Source: Raillietiella orientalis (taxonomy: Eukaryota). From it: 64,000 bases of DNA. Below the pieces are notes generated by a model. The model was not told where the DNA came from. It was given only the letters and a program-made list of their open reading frames with translations, and did no database searches. The stretch spans positions 1,364,001-1,428,000 of the forward strand of contig JAYWIR010000005.1 of assembly GCA_036172245.1 (NCBI GenBank), given 5' to 3'. The translations under genes and the position numbers were made by a program. Of the stretch, positions 1 to 12,000 are shown one piece after another (position 1 is the first letter of the stretch; each line of letters begins with the position of its first letter).

Positions 1-3000
1 CAGCGACGAGGTGGATTGCGGTAGGGAGAGCCACCTGGAAGGGTGGAACCATCCACGCTTACCGTTCCCCCTCCTCTCTTTCTCGTAACCTAGAAACCGA
101 GGCGATTCGGCTGAAGACGTATCCTCCGGAGCAGAGCATCAAGCAGGGTGAGTCGTCGTCGTAACGTCTTTGTTTCCCCCCTCCTCCCCCCGTCCGGCCT
201 TTCTCGCATTCCTCTTTTACTGACGGGTGTTTCTTTTCTTTGTGCTGGCAGTGGAGCCAGGTAAGCCTCCTTCTCCTCCTCCGCCTCCCCGTCTCCCGGG
301 AGACGGTCCCCGACCCCAGCAAACCCACATCAACACGTTCCTCTTTCTCCCGAAAAGGTTCGGAGGTGGTCTTCCAGTGCAGGGACGAAGGCCAGCGTCA
401 CCTTGCTGTGCGCTGGGTGAGGGCCAACAACCTTCCTTTCCCTCCGGACACAACGGACATACGGGGCAGGCTGACCATGTCCAACGTCCAGGTACGTGAC
501 GCCCTGGGGGGGGAAATTTCCTTCCACCCAGACCCCCGGCGGTTCCGACCCTCACTCCTGCGACCTCCCTCTTCCAGCTCAGCCACAGCGGATACTACAC
601 GTGCGAAGTGATCGGCGTGCCTTCGTCCACCCCCGGGGCCCGGGCGTCCGTGCTGCTGCACGTGGAGCAGCGTAAGAACCTAACCCCTCCCTGCGCATGC
701 GTCCTTGGCTTTGCGTGACGGCGGCGGTCGGTGCGCTCCCAGCCAGTTTCTTCAGCGACCCCTCTTGCCGCGGTCCTCCGAGTGTCGTCGTCTCCGTCAC
801 CCCTATCGATCATCCCTGCTGCCGAGGTTCTTTGAGTGACCATCATCTCCATCGCCTCTATCAACTTCTCCTGCCTCAGTCCTCCAAGTGACCTCCTCCC
901 CCCCCCTCACGCCGTCTATTCCTCCCCCCCCCTTATCCTTAGAACACGTCGCGTCGTCATTCTTCCCGCTTCTCTTTTCTCCCCCCTGCTTGCGCCCCCC
1001 GTAACGACACCCTTCCCGAAGAAGAGATTCCCGCCGTTCCTTCGCCGCCACCCTCGAGGTGCGGCTACAACGAGGCCACATGCATGACTGGCGAGTGCAT
1101 TCCGAAGGGCCGCATCTGCGACGGCGAGAGGGACTGCTCCGACGGCAGCGACGAGATGGGCTGCGGAACGGGTAGGGAGGGTCGCCGCCTCCGGGTCTCT
1201 GACCTCCGTCTTCTCCCCCCCCCTTCCAGAGGCCGGCTGCCAGCCCAACGAGTTCCGCTGCGCCAACCGACGCTGCGTGCTGAAGACGTGGATGTGCGAC
1301 TCAGATGACGACTGCGGGGATGGCAGTGACGAGGCCGACTGCGGTGAGAAATTGCGCACCTGCGGTCTCTCAGGAAATGCCCCCTCGCCCCTCTCTCCCT
1401 CCCTTCTCCCGTTCCCGCCGCAGAACCGGACATTCCCGGCGCTCCATGCTCCTCCAAGGAGTTCCAGTGCTCGGACGGGTCGCAGTGCATCCCAAAGGCG
1501 TTCCACTGCGACAAGCAGGTCGACTGCCAGGACACCTCGGACGAGATCGGCTGCTCTGGACCGGTAATCGTGGTGCAGCCCGAGGCGATGATCATGGTGG
1601 AGCTGGGCGAGTCCTTCACCATCCGCTGCCGCGCGGTGGGAGTGCCCACGCCTCTCATCGTCTGGAGATGGAACTGGGGCCACGTGCCAGAAAACTGCGT
1701 CTCCACCAGGTGAGGCGCCTCCGGGGAGTCTCTCGACCCCTCTTCTTCCCGCCTCGTCTTTCGAATCGACCGCCCTTTCCTCCTTCCGGGAGCAGTGTCA
1801 ACGGGAGCGGCACGCTGGCGTGCTCCAACGTCCAGAAGATCAACCAGGGAGCGTACTCCTGCGAGGCCATCAACCCTAGCGGCTCCATCCTGCATCCGGT
1901 GGACACCGTGGTCATCGTCAAGCTGCCGGAAGGCATCTGCTCTCCTCCCACCTTCAACGTGAACGCCAGGACCGTGAACGAGTGTATCCCGTGTTTCTGC
2001 TTCGGCGTCACGGACCAGTGTTACAGCAGCGACCTCGTCTGGTCTCAGGTGAGCCATCCTGCAGCGGCGACGGGGCGGAGGCCCCCTCCGCGTTCTCCCC
2101 CCCCCATTCCCCCGCGGATCTGCGAACAGCCCTCCTCCTTCCTCCTCCTCCTCCCTCGCACAGATCTCCCTGCAACCGTCGGCGGAAGACGTCAAGTCCG
2201 AGTTCGCCAGACTGGACCCCGTCCGGGGCGTGTACTCCATCCACGAGTCTCGGTTGCCTTCGGACCACCTGGTGCAATCGCGAACTCTCGACGCGACCGG
2301 GTCCGTTCGCCTGCAGACCTCGTCACTCGCCCTCGACCTCGCCTCAGGAGATGGCGTCTACTTTAGCCTTCCTCCTGGTTTCCTGGGCGACAGGACGAAC
2401 AGCTATGGAGGATCGCTCCGGTACCTCGTCAGCTACAGCAGAGGGGGGCCGCCTTTGCATGTTCCTGACGTCATCATCAAGGTGAGGAACGTGACGTCTC
2501 CTTGCCTCTCCGTGTTCCTCCCGTCACCCCTTTCCTCTCTTCCTCGAGATGCTCCTCCAGTTGTATCAGCACCTTATTGTTTCTCTTGCCGCTTACCTTC
2601 TTCTAGTGTTCTGTTTGTTATCGTCGCCTATGGTCTTCGTGGCCTTCTTCTGGTTGTTGTTTCTCCTGCTGTTGCTGCTCTTGCTGCTGATCTTCCTCTC
2701 CAGGCATCCATCCTCTTTTGCTCTCGTTTTTAATCTGCTTGTTGTTGCTGGTGTTCGTGTTGCTGTTGTCGTTTCCTGTTGCTGCTTTCTTTCTTTCCGA
2801 TGTTGGTACTGTTTTTGCTCTTTTGTGGAAACAAAACCTTCCTCCTGCTTCTCTGCCTCACTTCCCTACTCCCGTTTTATCTCCTCTCGTTTGCTGATCC
2901 CCTTCTCCGTTCCCCTGCCCAGGGAGCTGGGATAACGCTCCTGCACTTCCGCCGCCCGGCCGTCTCGCCGAGGGTCGTCAACTCCGTCGAGGTGCCGCTG

Positions 3001-6000
3001 CTTCAAGGGGCGTGGTACCTGCGCCACGTGGAGGAAGACGCCGACTTCATAAAGCCGTCCCACGTCGCCAGTCGGGAGGATATCATGGAGGCGTTGTCCG
3101 ATGTGAAACACCTGCTCATCCGGTAGGGCCGCGCCCCACCCGTACCCCCCGGTGGCACGCACATGCTCCCTCCCTCCCCTCTTCCTTCTCCTCAGGGCTC
3201 AGTACACGTCCGACTCGATCGTGGACGCTACCCTGAGGGACGTCTCTCTGGACTACGCTACGCCGGGACATGCAGGGGCGCGGGCCATCACTGTGGAGAG
3301 CTGCGAGTGCCCCAGCGGCTACGTGGGACTCTCCTGCCAGGCAAGCGGCCGTTCCTTCCTCGTGCGCGACGCCGTCCTCCCTCTTCTCCCAGGACTGCGC
3401 AGAAGGCTTTGAGAGGCAAGGGACCGGTCGCATCCGGGGCCGCTGCGTGCCTGCTCGGACCGAGTGCCCCAGAGGGAAGTACCTGTCCCCGTCCACGAAC
3501 CGCTGCGAGCCGTGCCTCTGCCCCAACTCGCTCTCGCCGTAGGTGTAGCCCACACCCCGCCCCCGGCTCTCGTGCTTCCAGGGGGCCCCGTCCTCTCTCT
3601 ACCACCACCGCCACCCCTTGCCACCTCCCTTCTCGGCCGGAAACTCGACCGCCGCAGGCATGTTTCGTGCGAAGCCGGGCCAGGAGGGACTCCCGTGTGC
3701 AGGTGCCCCGAAGGAACCGAAGGCCGAAGGTGCGAGTACTGCTCTCCGGGATACGTTGGCAACCCCGTGCGTGGGGAGCCCTGCGTCCCCGGTAAGCGCT
3801 GGGGAGGAGAAGGGAGAGAGTGACGCCCCAGGGCGTGTTTCCTCCTAGGGGCGGAGTGCCATCCCGCCGGAGGACAACCGGACGCCCAGGGTCGGTGCCA
3901 GTGCAAGGTAAGCGCCCAGCCCCTCAGCCCCCCGGGAACCGCCCTGCTAACGCGGCTCCCTCTCCGTCTCTTTTCATCTTGCTTACGCGTGGGGATCGGT
4001 GAGTACCGCCTTCTTCTTGGTCCTCGCTTTGCCTCGTTGCTGTGTTTCCTCTTGTTGTGTCTCTTCTTGTCGCCCCTCTTTCTCCTCCTCCTGCTGTTGC
4101 TGTTTGTTTCTCTTTTTGCTTTTCTCCTTTCTCCTTTCTGCCATTGCTGTTTTTGCTCTCGCTGCTGCTGTCGATGTTTCCCTTGTTCTTTCTTTCTCCT
4201 CCTCCTGCTGTTTCTTTTATTGCTGTTGTTTCTCTTTTTGTTTTTGCTGTTTTTGTTGTTACCATTGCTGTTTCTGTTTCTCCTATTGTTTTTGTCCTTT
4301 CCGTTGTTTCTCCTGCTTCTTTTATTGCTCTTCTTGTTTTTGTTGTTTATGTTGTTGTTACTGCTGTTTCTGTTCCGTTTTTCTCGTTGCTGTCCCTTCT
4401 CCTGCTGCTGTTTCTCTTGTTGCTGTCGTGGTTTTCGTTGTTCCCCTGCTGTTGCTGTTGTCGTTTCTCTCGACGGTGGCTTCCTTGTTGCTTTTGTCGT
4501 CTTTGTTATTGTTTCGGCTGTTCATCCTCTCGTTGTTGTGCTGTTTTTCTCGTTGTTGCTTTTCGTGTTAATGTTTTTTTTTTTCCCCCCCCCTCTCTTG
4601 TCGTCGCGGTTGCTGTTTCGCTTCTTGTTGCTGTTTCTGTTGCTGCCGATGCTGCTGTACGCCCGCGACGCGGCGTCCTTTTTTGCCATCCGTCCTTTCC
4701 TCCTCCACAACCACCACAATCACACTCTTCCCTGCGAAACGGCAGGGCACCTCCGGGAACGGACCGCTGCGGTGCGCCGCCCTGAGCTCTGCCGCGGAGG
4801 AGGAGCAAAGGGAGCGTCGACTGACGCTCGCCCTGCTCCTCCTCTTATTCCTGTTCCTCCACCGCCTCCGCGCGGTGCACCTGCCACCGGTTCTTACTTG
4901 CCACCCGTGCCCCACCCTTCTGGCTCTGTCTCCGCCGGCCGCCGCGACTGCGGCGGTGGCGACCCCGACGACGGCGACGCCCGCCGTCTGAGGCGAGACG
5001 CGAGCCGAGAGAGGCAAAGAGAGGGATCTCGGCTGTCCTTTGGCCTCCTCCTTCCTCGCCTGCAGGTCCCCTCCCCCTACGCCCCTTTCCTCCCAGACCC
5101 CTTCAGCGCATGTCTTTCAGGTTCTCCCTCCGGAGGAACCACGGATCACAATTAAAAGCGTTTCTTTTAATTTCTGCTGTGCGTCCTTCTACTCCTCCCT
5201 TCCCCTCCCCCTCCTTCCTTCCTCCGTTTTCTTTTACCTGCGCTGCTGCTTCTCCCTATGGAGAAACATGATGGAAAGAGGGAAAAGAACGTAGGGAAGG
5301 GGAAGGGAGCTACAAGGAGTCCTCTTCCGGCAGGTGCTGCTGTCATCAAACCCTCGTTTCGAAGTGGAAGGGGCGTGGCAGTCTCATTTCAACCCTTTAT
5401 CCCCTCTTTGTTTTTTGTGAGGGAGGAGGTGGGAGCAGGAGGAAGGTCCCTCTTCAATGAATGCTCCTCCCTTTCCTCCCTCCACTCGAGGCAGGGGTTG
5501 GCAGCACAGGTTCTTCTCCACTTCCTCCTGGGAGCTCTTCGTGGCCAAACGAGGACTCCTTTCGCCGCTCCCTCCCTCCTCTCTTCTCGTTTTCCTTGCG
5601 CTCCGTCGCTTCCCGCAGGAGAGGGCCTCCCGGTGGCTTCCTCCTCCTCCTCCTCCTCTACGCAGCAGCAAGGAGGGGATGCCACGGAGTACGCCCTTGC
5701 CTTCGCCGACTTCGCCTGAGGCACGCGGCCACAACGGCGACGACCCGCGCGGTCTAGGAGGAGGAGGAGGAGGAGGAGGAGGAAGGGGGGGGGGATGGAG
5801 TGGAAGAAAGGGCGAGCGCAGGCGGTTTCTGCCTTCTCTTGCCCCTCGGAGGCCCGCCCGCCCCCTCACCTTTTTGCCCTTTCGTGGCGGAGGGGAAGCT
5901 CTGGGGTGGCCGCCCCTGCCCTCCGGCACATCTGGTCTCCTTTCAGAGCAACGTGCAAGGCGCCAGCTGCAGTGAGTGCAAGCCCGGCGCCTTCCACCTG

Positions 6001-9000
6001 AACGGGCAATCCCCGTCGGGCTGCATCCGCTGCTTCTGCATGGGCGTCACCGACCAGTGCCAGAGCTCCAGCTGGAACCGTGACCAGGTACGAGGACAAC
6101 CTCGGCCCCTGGGGCGAGGTCTCCATGGCTCCCTTCCTCATAGGTCGCTCTCACGTCGCCGGAGGGAGTGACCCTGATGGAGAAGTCGCAGAAGAGGGCG
6201 CTGATTCCGCAGCACGGCGGGAGGGGCGACACCCTGCGCTACGCCTGGACGCACATGGAGCCACCGTCGAACGTCTTCTTCTGGAACCTATCCGCCCCTT
6301 TCCTGGGCAACAAGCTGACGTCCTACGGAGGCGAACTGCGCTTCACCGTCACCTATTCCGCCTCAGGCTACGAGTTCGCCCAATACCCTCCCACTGCACG
6401 CCTGGTCGAGATCCAGGTAGGGCGCGCTCGGCCCCCTCCTCCGCCCCATCGTCGACCCTTCGCGGAGGAGGAAGCTCCTTCTTCTCTCCCTCCCATCAGG
6501 GCAACCAGGTGCACCTTATCTACTCAGTCCCTTCGTCGGACTTCGAGCCCAATCGCGCGCTCACCTTCAGCGTTCCATTCTACGAGCACCAATGGAAGCG
6601 GATGGACGGCCTTCCAGCTACCAGGGAGATGCTGCTGATGGCCTTGGCCGACCTCAACCGCTTCCTCATCAGGGCAACTCACTTTGAACCCACCCAGGAA
6701 TCGTGGTAGGTTCTTCTCCTGACTGCGAAGAGAGGGTAGGGGTGGTGGACTCCGGACAGGGTGGATGAAAAGGAAAGAGAGAAGGAAGTGAGGGGGAGGA
6801 GTAGGAAAGTACGAGGAGGATTGGAAGAGGGAGCATGGAGGAGGAAATGAGAAAGAAGGAAAAGAGGAAGTAGGGAGGAGAAGGAGGTAAAGACGAGGAA
6901 GGATGAAGTGAGTAGGAGGAAGAGGCGGTAAGGACGAGGGAGGGAGGAGTAAGAAGAGGTGGAGGAGGAAGAGGAAAGGACGAGGAGGAAGGAAAGAGGA
7001 AGGATAGGGGAGTGAGTGAGGAAGGGAGAAGGAAATGAGAAAGAAGGAAAAGAGGAAGGGGAGAGGAGGAGGAGCATCTGCTTTTCGGCAGAGAGAGAGA
7101 GAGAGAGAGAGAGAGAAGTACCTGAAAGTCTCTCTTTGCCAGGCTGAAGGACGTGAGGTTGGACGTGGCGCGCCCGGAGTTCACGCAGCAGAAGCCGGCC
7201 TACGAAGTGGAGCAGTGCTTGTGCCCTGAGGGCTATACAGGCCTGTCCTGCGAGACCTGCGACCGAGGTAGCACGCGCACCCAGGGAGGACTCTACCTGG
7301 GATTGTGCTCTCCCTGCCGCTGCCATGGTCACTCCCAGACGTGCCATCCGGAAACGGGAGAATGCGAGGTGCCCTCCTTTCTCCATCGTGCCCATTCCCT
7401 CACCCCCCGCTTCTCTGCAGGACTGCCGCGACCACACCTCGGGACCACACTGCGAATCCTGTGAGTCAGGCTACACGGGAGACGCCACGAGGGGGACGCC
7501 TTTCGACTGCCGCCCCTCGTCCCGCTGCGAGTGTGACCCAGCTGGCAGCCAGCTGAGCTACTGCCCTGACGGGGTCAGGTGCGTCTGCAAGGTGGGTCTC
7601 TCCTCCTCCTCTCCTGGCCTCCAGCAGCAGCGCTCTCTCCCTCGACGCAGAGGAACGTCCGAGGCAGATCCTGCGACCAGTGCTCCCCGGGGTTCTTCAA
7701 CCTCCAGGCGGACAACCCCGACGGCTGCAGGGAGTGCCACTGCAGCGGAGTCAGCACCCGCTGCCGCAGCAGCGACTACTACCGCACACAGATCCCCATG
7801 CAAGTCTTCGACGAGCGGCACAGCTTCTTCCTGACCAACAGGTGAGAGAGACGCCCCGCGTGCCGCGACCACCTCCACGGAAACGGCCGATGACGACCGG
7901 GGTCCAGGTTCGTCGGCGTGCGGATCACCCAGGGGCTGCAGGTGAACGACCTCGACAACCAGATCGGCCTGCCCCGCTTCCTAGAATCCATGGTTGGGGA
8001 TCACGGTGAACTGTACTGGGCCCTGCCAGACGCCTTCACAGGGAACAAGGTTCGCTGCCCGCAGTCTCCAGCTCTGACGGCTAATTTCCCCCCCCCCCCC
8101 GTAGCTGACCTCTTACGGAGGGAAGCTGTCGGTCACACAGAAGTTCTACGGGGCTTCCGACGGACTGCTGCGGCCGGAGGCCGAGGTCATCCTCATGGGT
8201 AGCGGACTCTCCTTGCACTGGAGAAACAACTCCGCCCTGAGGTCCCTGGAGGAGACCACCTACGAGGTGCCCCTCGTCGAGTCGGAGTGGTCCTTCGCCG
8301 ACGGGCGCCCCGCGGCAAGAAAGGACTTCCTGGCGACGTTGTCCAACCTAGAGCACCTGCTCGTCAAGGCGACCTTCGCCCCGCGGATGTTCTCCACCTG
8401 GATCAAGAACGTCGTCCTAGACACCGCCGTGCCGCAGGTCACCGGGCAGGAGAGAGCCGTGGACGTGGAGCAATGCGAGTGCCCCGAGGGATACTCCGGC
8501 CTGTCCTGCGAGGTAGTGGCCGCCGCCGCCGCTCGCGGCGCCCCGCCCGCGCGCGCGCTCTCGGAGTGGCGCATCCCCGGCTCCGTCTCTCCCCCAGGCC
8601 TGCGCGGAAGGATTCTACAGGGAGGTCTTCAGCCCGGTCACGCACCTGGGGTCGTGCAAGAGGTGCAACTGCCCCCCACACCAGACGTGCCACCTCGTCT
8701 CCGAAGGAGTGGTCACCTGCCACGACAGCGGCAACGCGACCGGTACGACGCGGACCTCCATCCATCCGCCCGCCTCCTTTTTGTCCTTCACCCCCCTCCC
8801 CCCCCTCTTGGGAACGGCGGAGAGACCTCTTGGGAGGTTCTCCCCAGGGTGGGCCTACCGCCGCTGGGAGGCTGACCACCCTTTCACCTTCTCCTTCCCC
8901 TCCGCGGACCCTATTCGCAGTGTCCGGCCGCAGGGCCGCGAAGGGCGCGCGCATTTTCCCGTTCTCAGCCTGCCAGCGACCACCCCTTTCTTTGACTTCG

Positions 9001-12000
9001 TCCGAGGTCCCCGCAATAGGGCGAGGTGAGGCGGGAGTGCGCCACGACCCGACCCCGGAGCGCGCCAGGGAACTCTCCTTGAGCGCTCCGGTTCCTCCTG
9101 GAAGGACCCGAACGGATCCAGGGGAGGTGGCCATCAGGAGAGTCAGAGTGGGGTGCGAGGGGTGCTATTCTTCAGAGGGAGGGGGAAGGGAGCCTCACCC
9201 TCCCCCCCCTCACGCACCCTTTGTCCAATAGCATCGAGCACTGAGGGAAGTTCCGTCTCTCCCCACCCCGCGTGGAGCGTCTGCGCATGCTCTTCGACGC
9301 TCGCCCCGTGGGAGTCGCTGTCCCCATGCGGGACCTCTCCTCATCCCTGACCAGGGCCTTTTCCGGTCCTCTTCCGCGCTGGAGTGTCGGATGGACGATA
9401 CCGGCCGCTGCAGAGGGCCGGCTGGAAGACCCCGAGCGCGGCGTCTTCCGCTCCAGGACGTTGCCATGGAACCCTTTTCCCGGCTGTTTTCTACCTGCGA
9501 GTCTGGCACTCGGGAGGATCCAGCGGTCTTGTATGTGGTCTCCGTCCCTCCTCCTTTCCCAGCTCAGAGGCACGCACGGAAACCGGCAGTCATTTCGGGA
9601 AGACGTGGCCTCCAGCGGCGATTTCGTCTGGGCCACTCCCCCCCCCCCCCCGAGCTTCCGTGCCTCCTTCCCCGGTAGGGGTGTCCCCGAAATCCGAAGC
9701 TTCGCCTCCAGGGCCTCCGCTCTGTCTCCCTGGAGTCGGAATCCCGCAGCCGTCCAATTGCTGGCGGACGCGGGCTTTTCCGCGGACTTTTTCCTGGGAG
9801 GGAGCCGTCTGGGCGGGCTCCCTCCCAGGAAGCTAATTCCAGGGCAGCTGATGCCGACCCGCTCCGGAGGTCGAAAGGGATGTCAGTACCACTTCCATGG
9901 CGTCCCCCCTGTCTCCTCTTTTGGCGCACACACGCGATCTCGGAGGAAGGGTGGAGGGGGCACTTCCTTTTTGATCACCTGCAAGCGCTTCCCCAAGGAG
10001 CCTCCGGGACATCCACCCTCCCGCAAGACGCTTTTCGCCGCATCTGGTGACACTTATGGCGCCCGCGGAGAGAGGAGCTGCAGTCGATCCCTTCGGCTCC
10101 TAAGGGAGGGGGGAGGGAGACTCCCTCCCGGCTCGTTCGTTCGGATCTGCGGGTCATAGGAAGCCTTCCAGGCCGACTGGCCAGTCCGACGGCTGCACTT
10201 CGCGCCTTGGAGCCGACTCCCTCTCCTCGGCACAGTCGCCACGCCGGCGCCACCTGTGTCCTCCGCATCCCAGTCTCGCTGCGTCGTCGCCCTCGTCGTG
10301 GTCTCCTCTGAGTTCCCAGAGGCACTCCGAGAGCGCTTCTTTCCCCGGGTTGAGGGGCCGGTCCGGCCTCGCAGGCGCAGCATCCGCGCGCGTCCTCCGA
10401 GGTGCTCCGAGGCCGCATGCGCCGTGCCGGTCGGCGGCGGCAACGACTCCCTCCCTTCCTGGCTCCCGGCGGAGCCCCGAAGAGTTCGCCAGATTCGTGT
10501 CTCCCCCTCCCCCCTCCTTCAGGGGAAGCTTTGTGGACCGTCGGCCGTGCCGAAAGGCCGGCGGCGGACCGCCCTGGAGGGCGGCTGCTACACGCAACGA
10601 GCTCACCAGGGACGAGTGGACGTGTCGAACGCCACCACGCGGTCGCGTTCCAAAGGGACGTCGAGTCCCGGTTGCGACCGCCTCCCTCCCTCCTCCCCTT
10701 CTCCGCACCCGCGCGACCTGCCTGCCGCGAGTGGTGCCCCGCACACCCCCATTGGTGTCGCCAACAGGTCGCAGCGTGCTGAGCCTGGAGCCGTTCCTGG
10801 TGTTCTCCACGCCGAACACGCCGATGCGCTTCACGTGCACGTACAACGCGTACGAGATGAGGCGCGAACACCCGGATTTCGTCTTCAAGGTCCGTTCGCA
10901 GGCGAACGGCGAGGTCAAGTACCCCAGCGTTCCGCCCGCGACCATCGAGCGCAACTCCTACTCGGTCCAGCTGAGCTGGATCGGTGGCCAGACTGAGGAG
11001 AAGATCACCTGCGAGGTGCACGATAGGCAGCTGCAGGAGATGATCGGCATGGTCAGCGCTTTCATAAAGCCCGGTAGGCGTACGTGTCCGGGGACCTCTG
11101 GCGCCCCCCTGTCCTCGTTGTCTTTGCTGCTGCTCTTTCTCTGTCGGAAGTGGCTCTCCGGTTATGTGTTCGTGTCCGCGTTCCCCTCAGTGTGCCTGCA
11201 GTTCCCTTCACTCAATGTGCTGCCCGAGGTCGTGGAGTCCATTCATGTCTCTGTTGTCCTCGTCCGTCTCCTTCTCCACACCTGCAGAGCTCCGTTGCCA
11301 GAGAGAGCACGACACCTCTGCATCCTTGCCTCCCCGGCCGTTGTCTTCTGTCGGTCTCCCGTCTCCGTTTCCTCTCCTCTGCCAAGCAATGACTCTCTAT
11401 CTCTTTATCTCCCTCCCTCCCGCAGAAAGCCCGTCCCAGCAGCCCGCCATAGAGGTGGTCGTCAGCCCGCCCTACCAGCAGGCTCAGCCGGGAGAGACCG
11501 TGTCCTTCGATTGCCAAGCGCACAGGAAAATCGATCGGGAGGTGAGTGGGAGTGGGGGGGGGGGGACCGGATGACCGCTCTCGCGCACTCCTTCCCTCAG
11601 CCGCTGCAGATAACCTGGAGGAAGGAAGCCGGCCAGCTGCCCCCGTACAGGTCGTACGTCTTCGGGAACAAGCTAGAGTTGTACCGGGTTGACCCGTCCG
11701 ACTCCGGGACGTACGTGTGTACCGGAGAGTACGGGGCCAGGTCGGAGGAGAAGTCCGTCCAGCTGGTGGTGCAGGGTAGGGGCGGTGGCCGACTGGGGTG
11801 TCCTCCACCTCCTGCCCGCAGATCACCGCTACGAGGAGGCGCCCACCGCCATCGTGTCGCCTCCTTTCGCGGAGGTCGTCGTCGGAGACAACGCGACCTT
11901 CCTGTGCACATCCAGCCCCCAGCCGTCCGAGGTCGAGTGGTACAGGGAAGATCGGCGGCCCATAAGCTACAGGGTAGGCGGAGGAAGCCCCTCCACTACG

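Larger units (their letters stand above)
1930..8742 (+). other. Perlecan domain III: three laminin-IV (L4) domains with laminin-EGF repeats
   Basis: Three sets of CxC(F/M/S)GV, G(D/N)xxxSYGG and VE(S/Q)CxCPxGYxGLSC motifs at about 1983-3340, 6030-7255 and 7735-8512. Confidence 0.92.

Noticed and set aside
3989..5155. 388-aa Leu/Phe/Cys-rich ORF and overlapping ORFs
   Set aside because: Products of A-poor low-complexity intronic sequence, which rarely forms stop codons.
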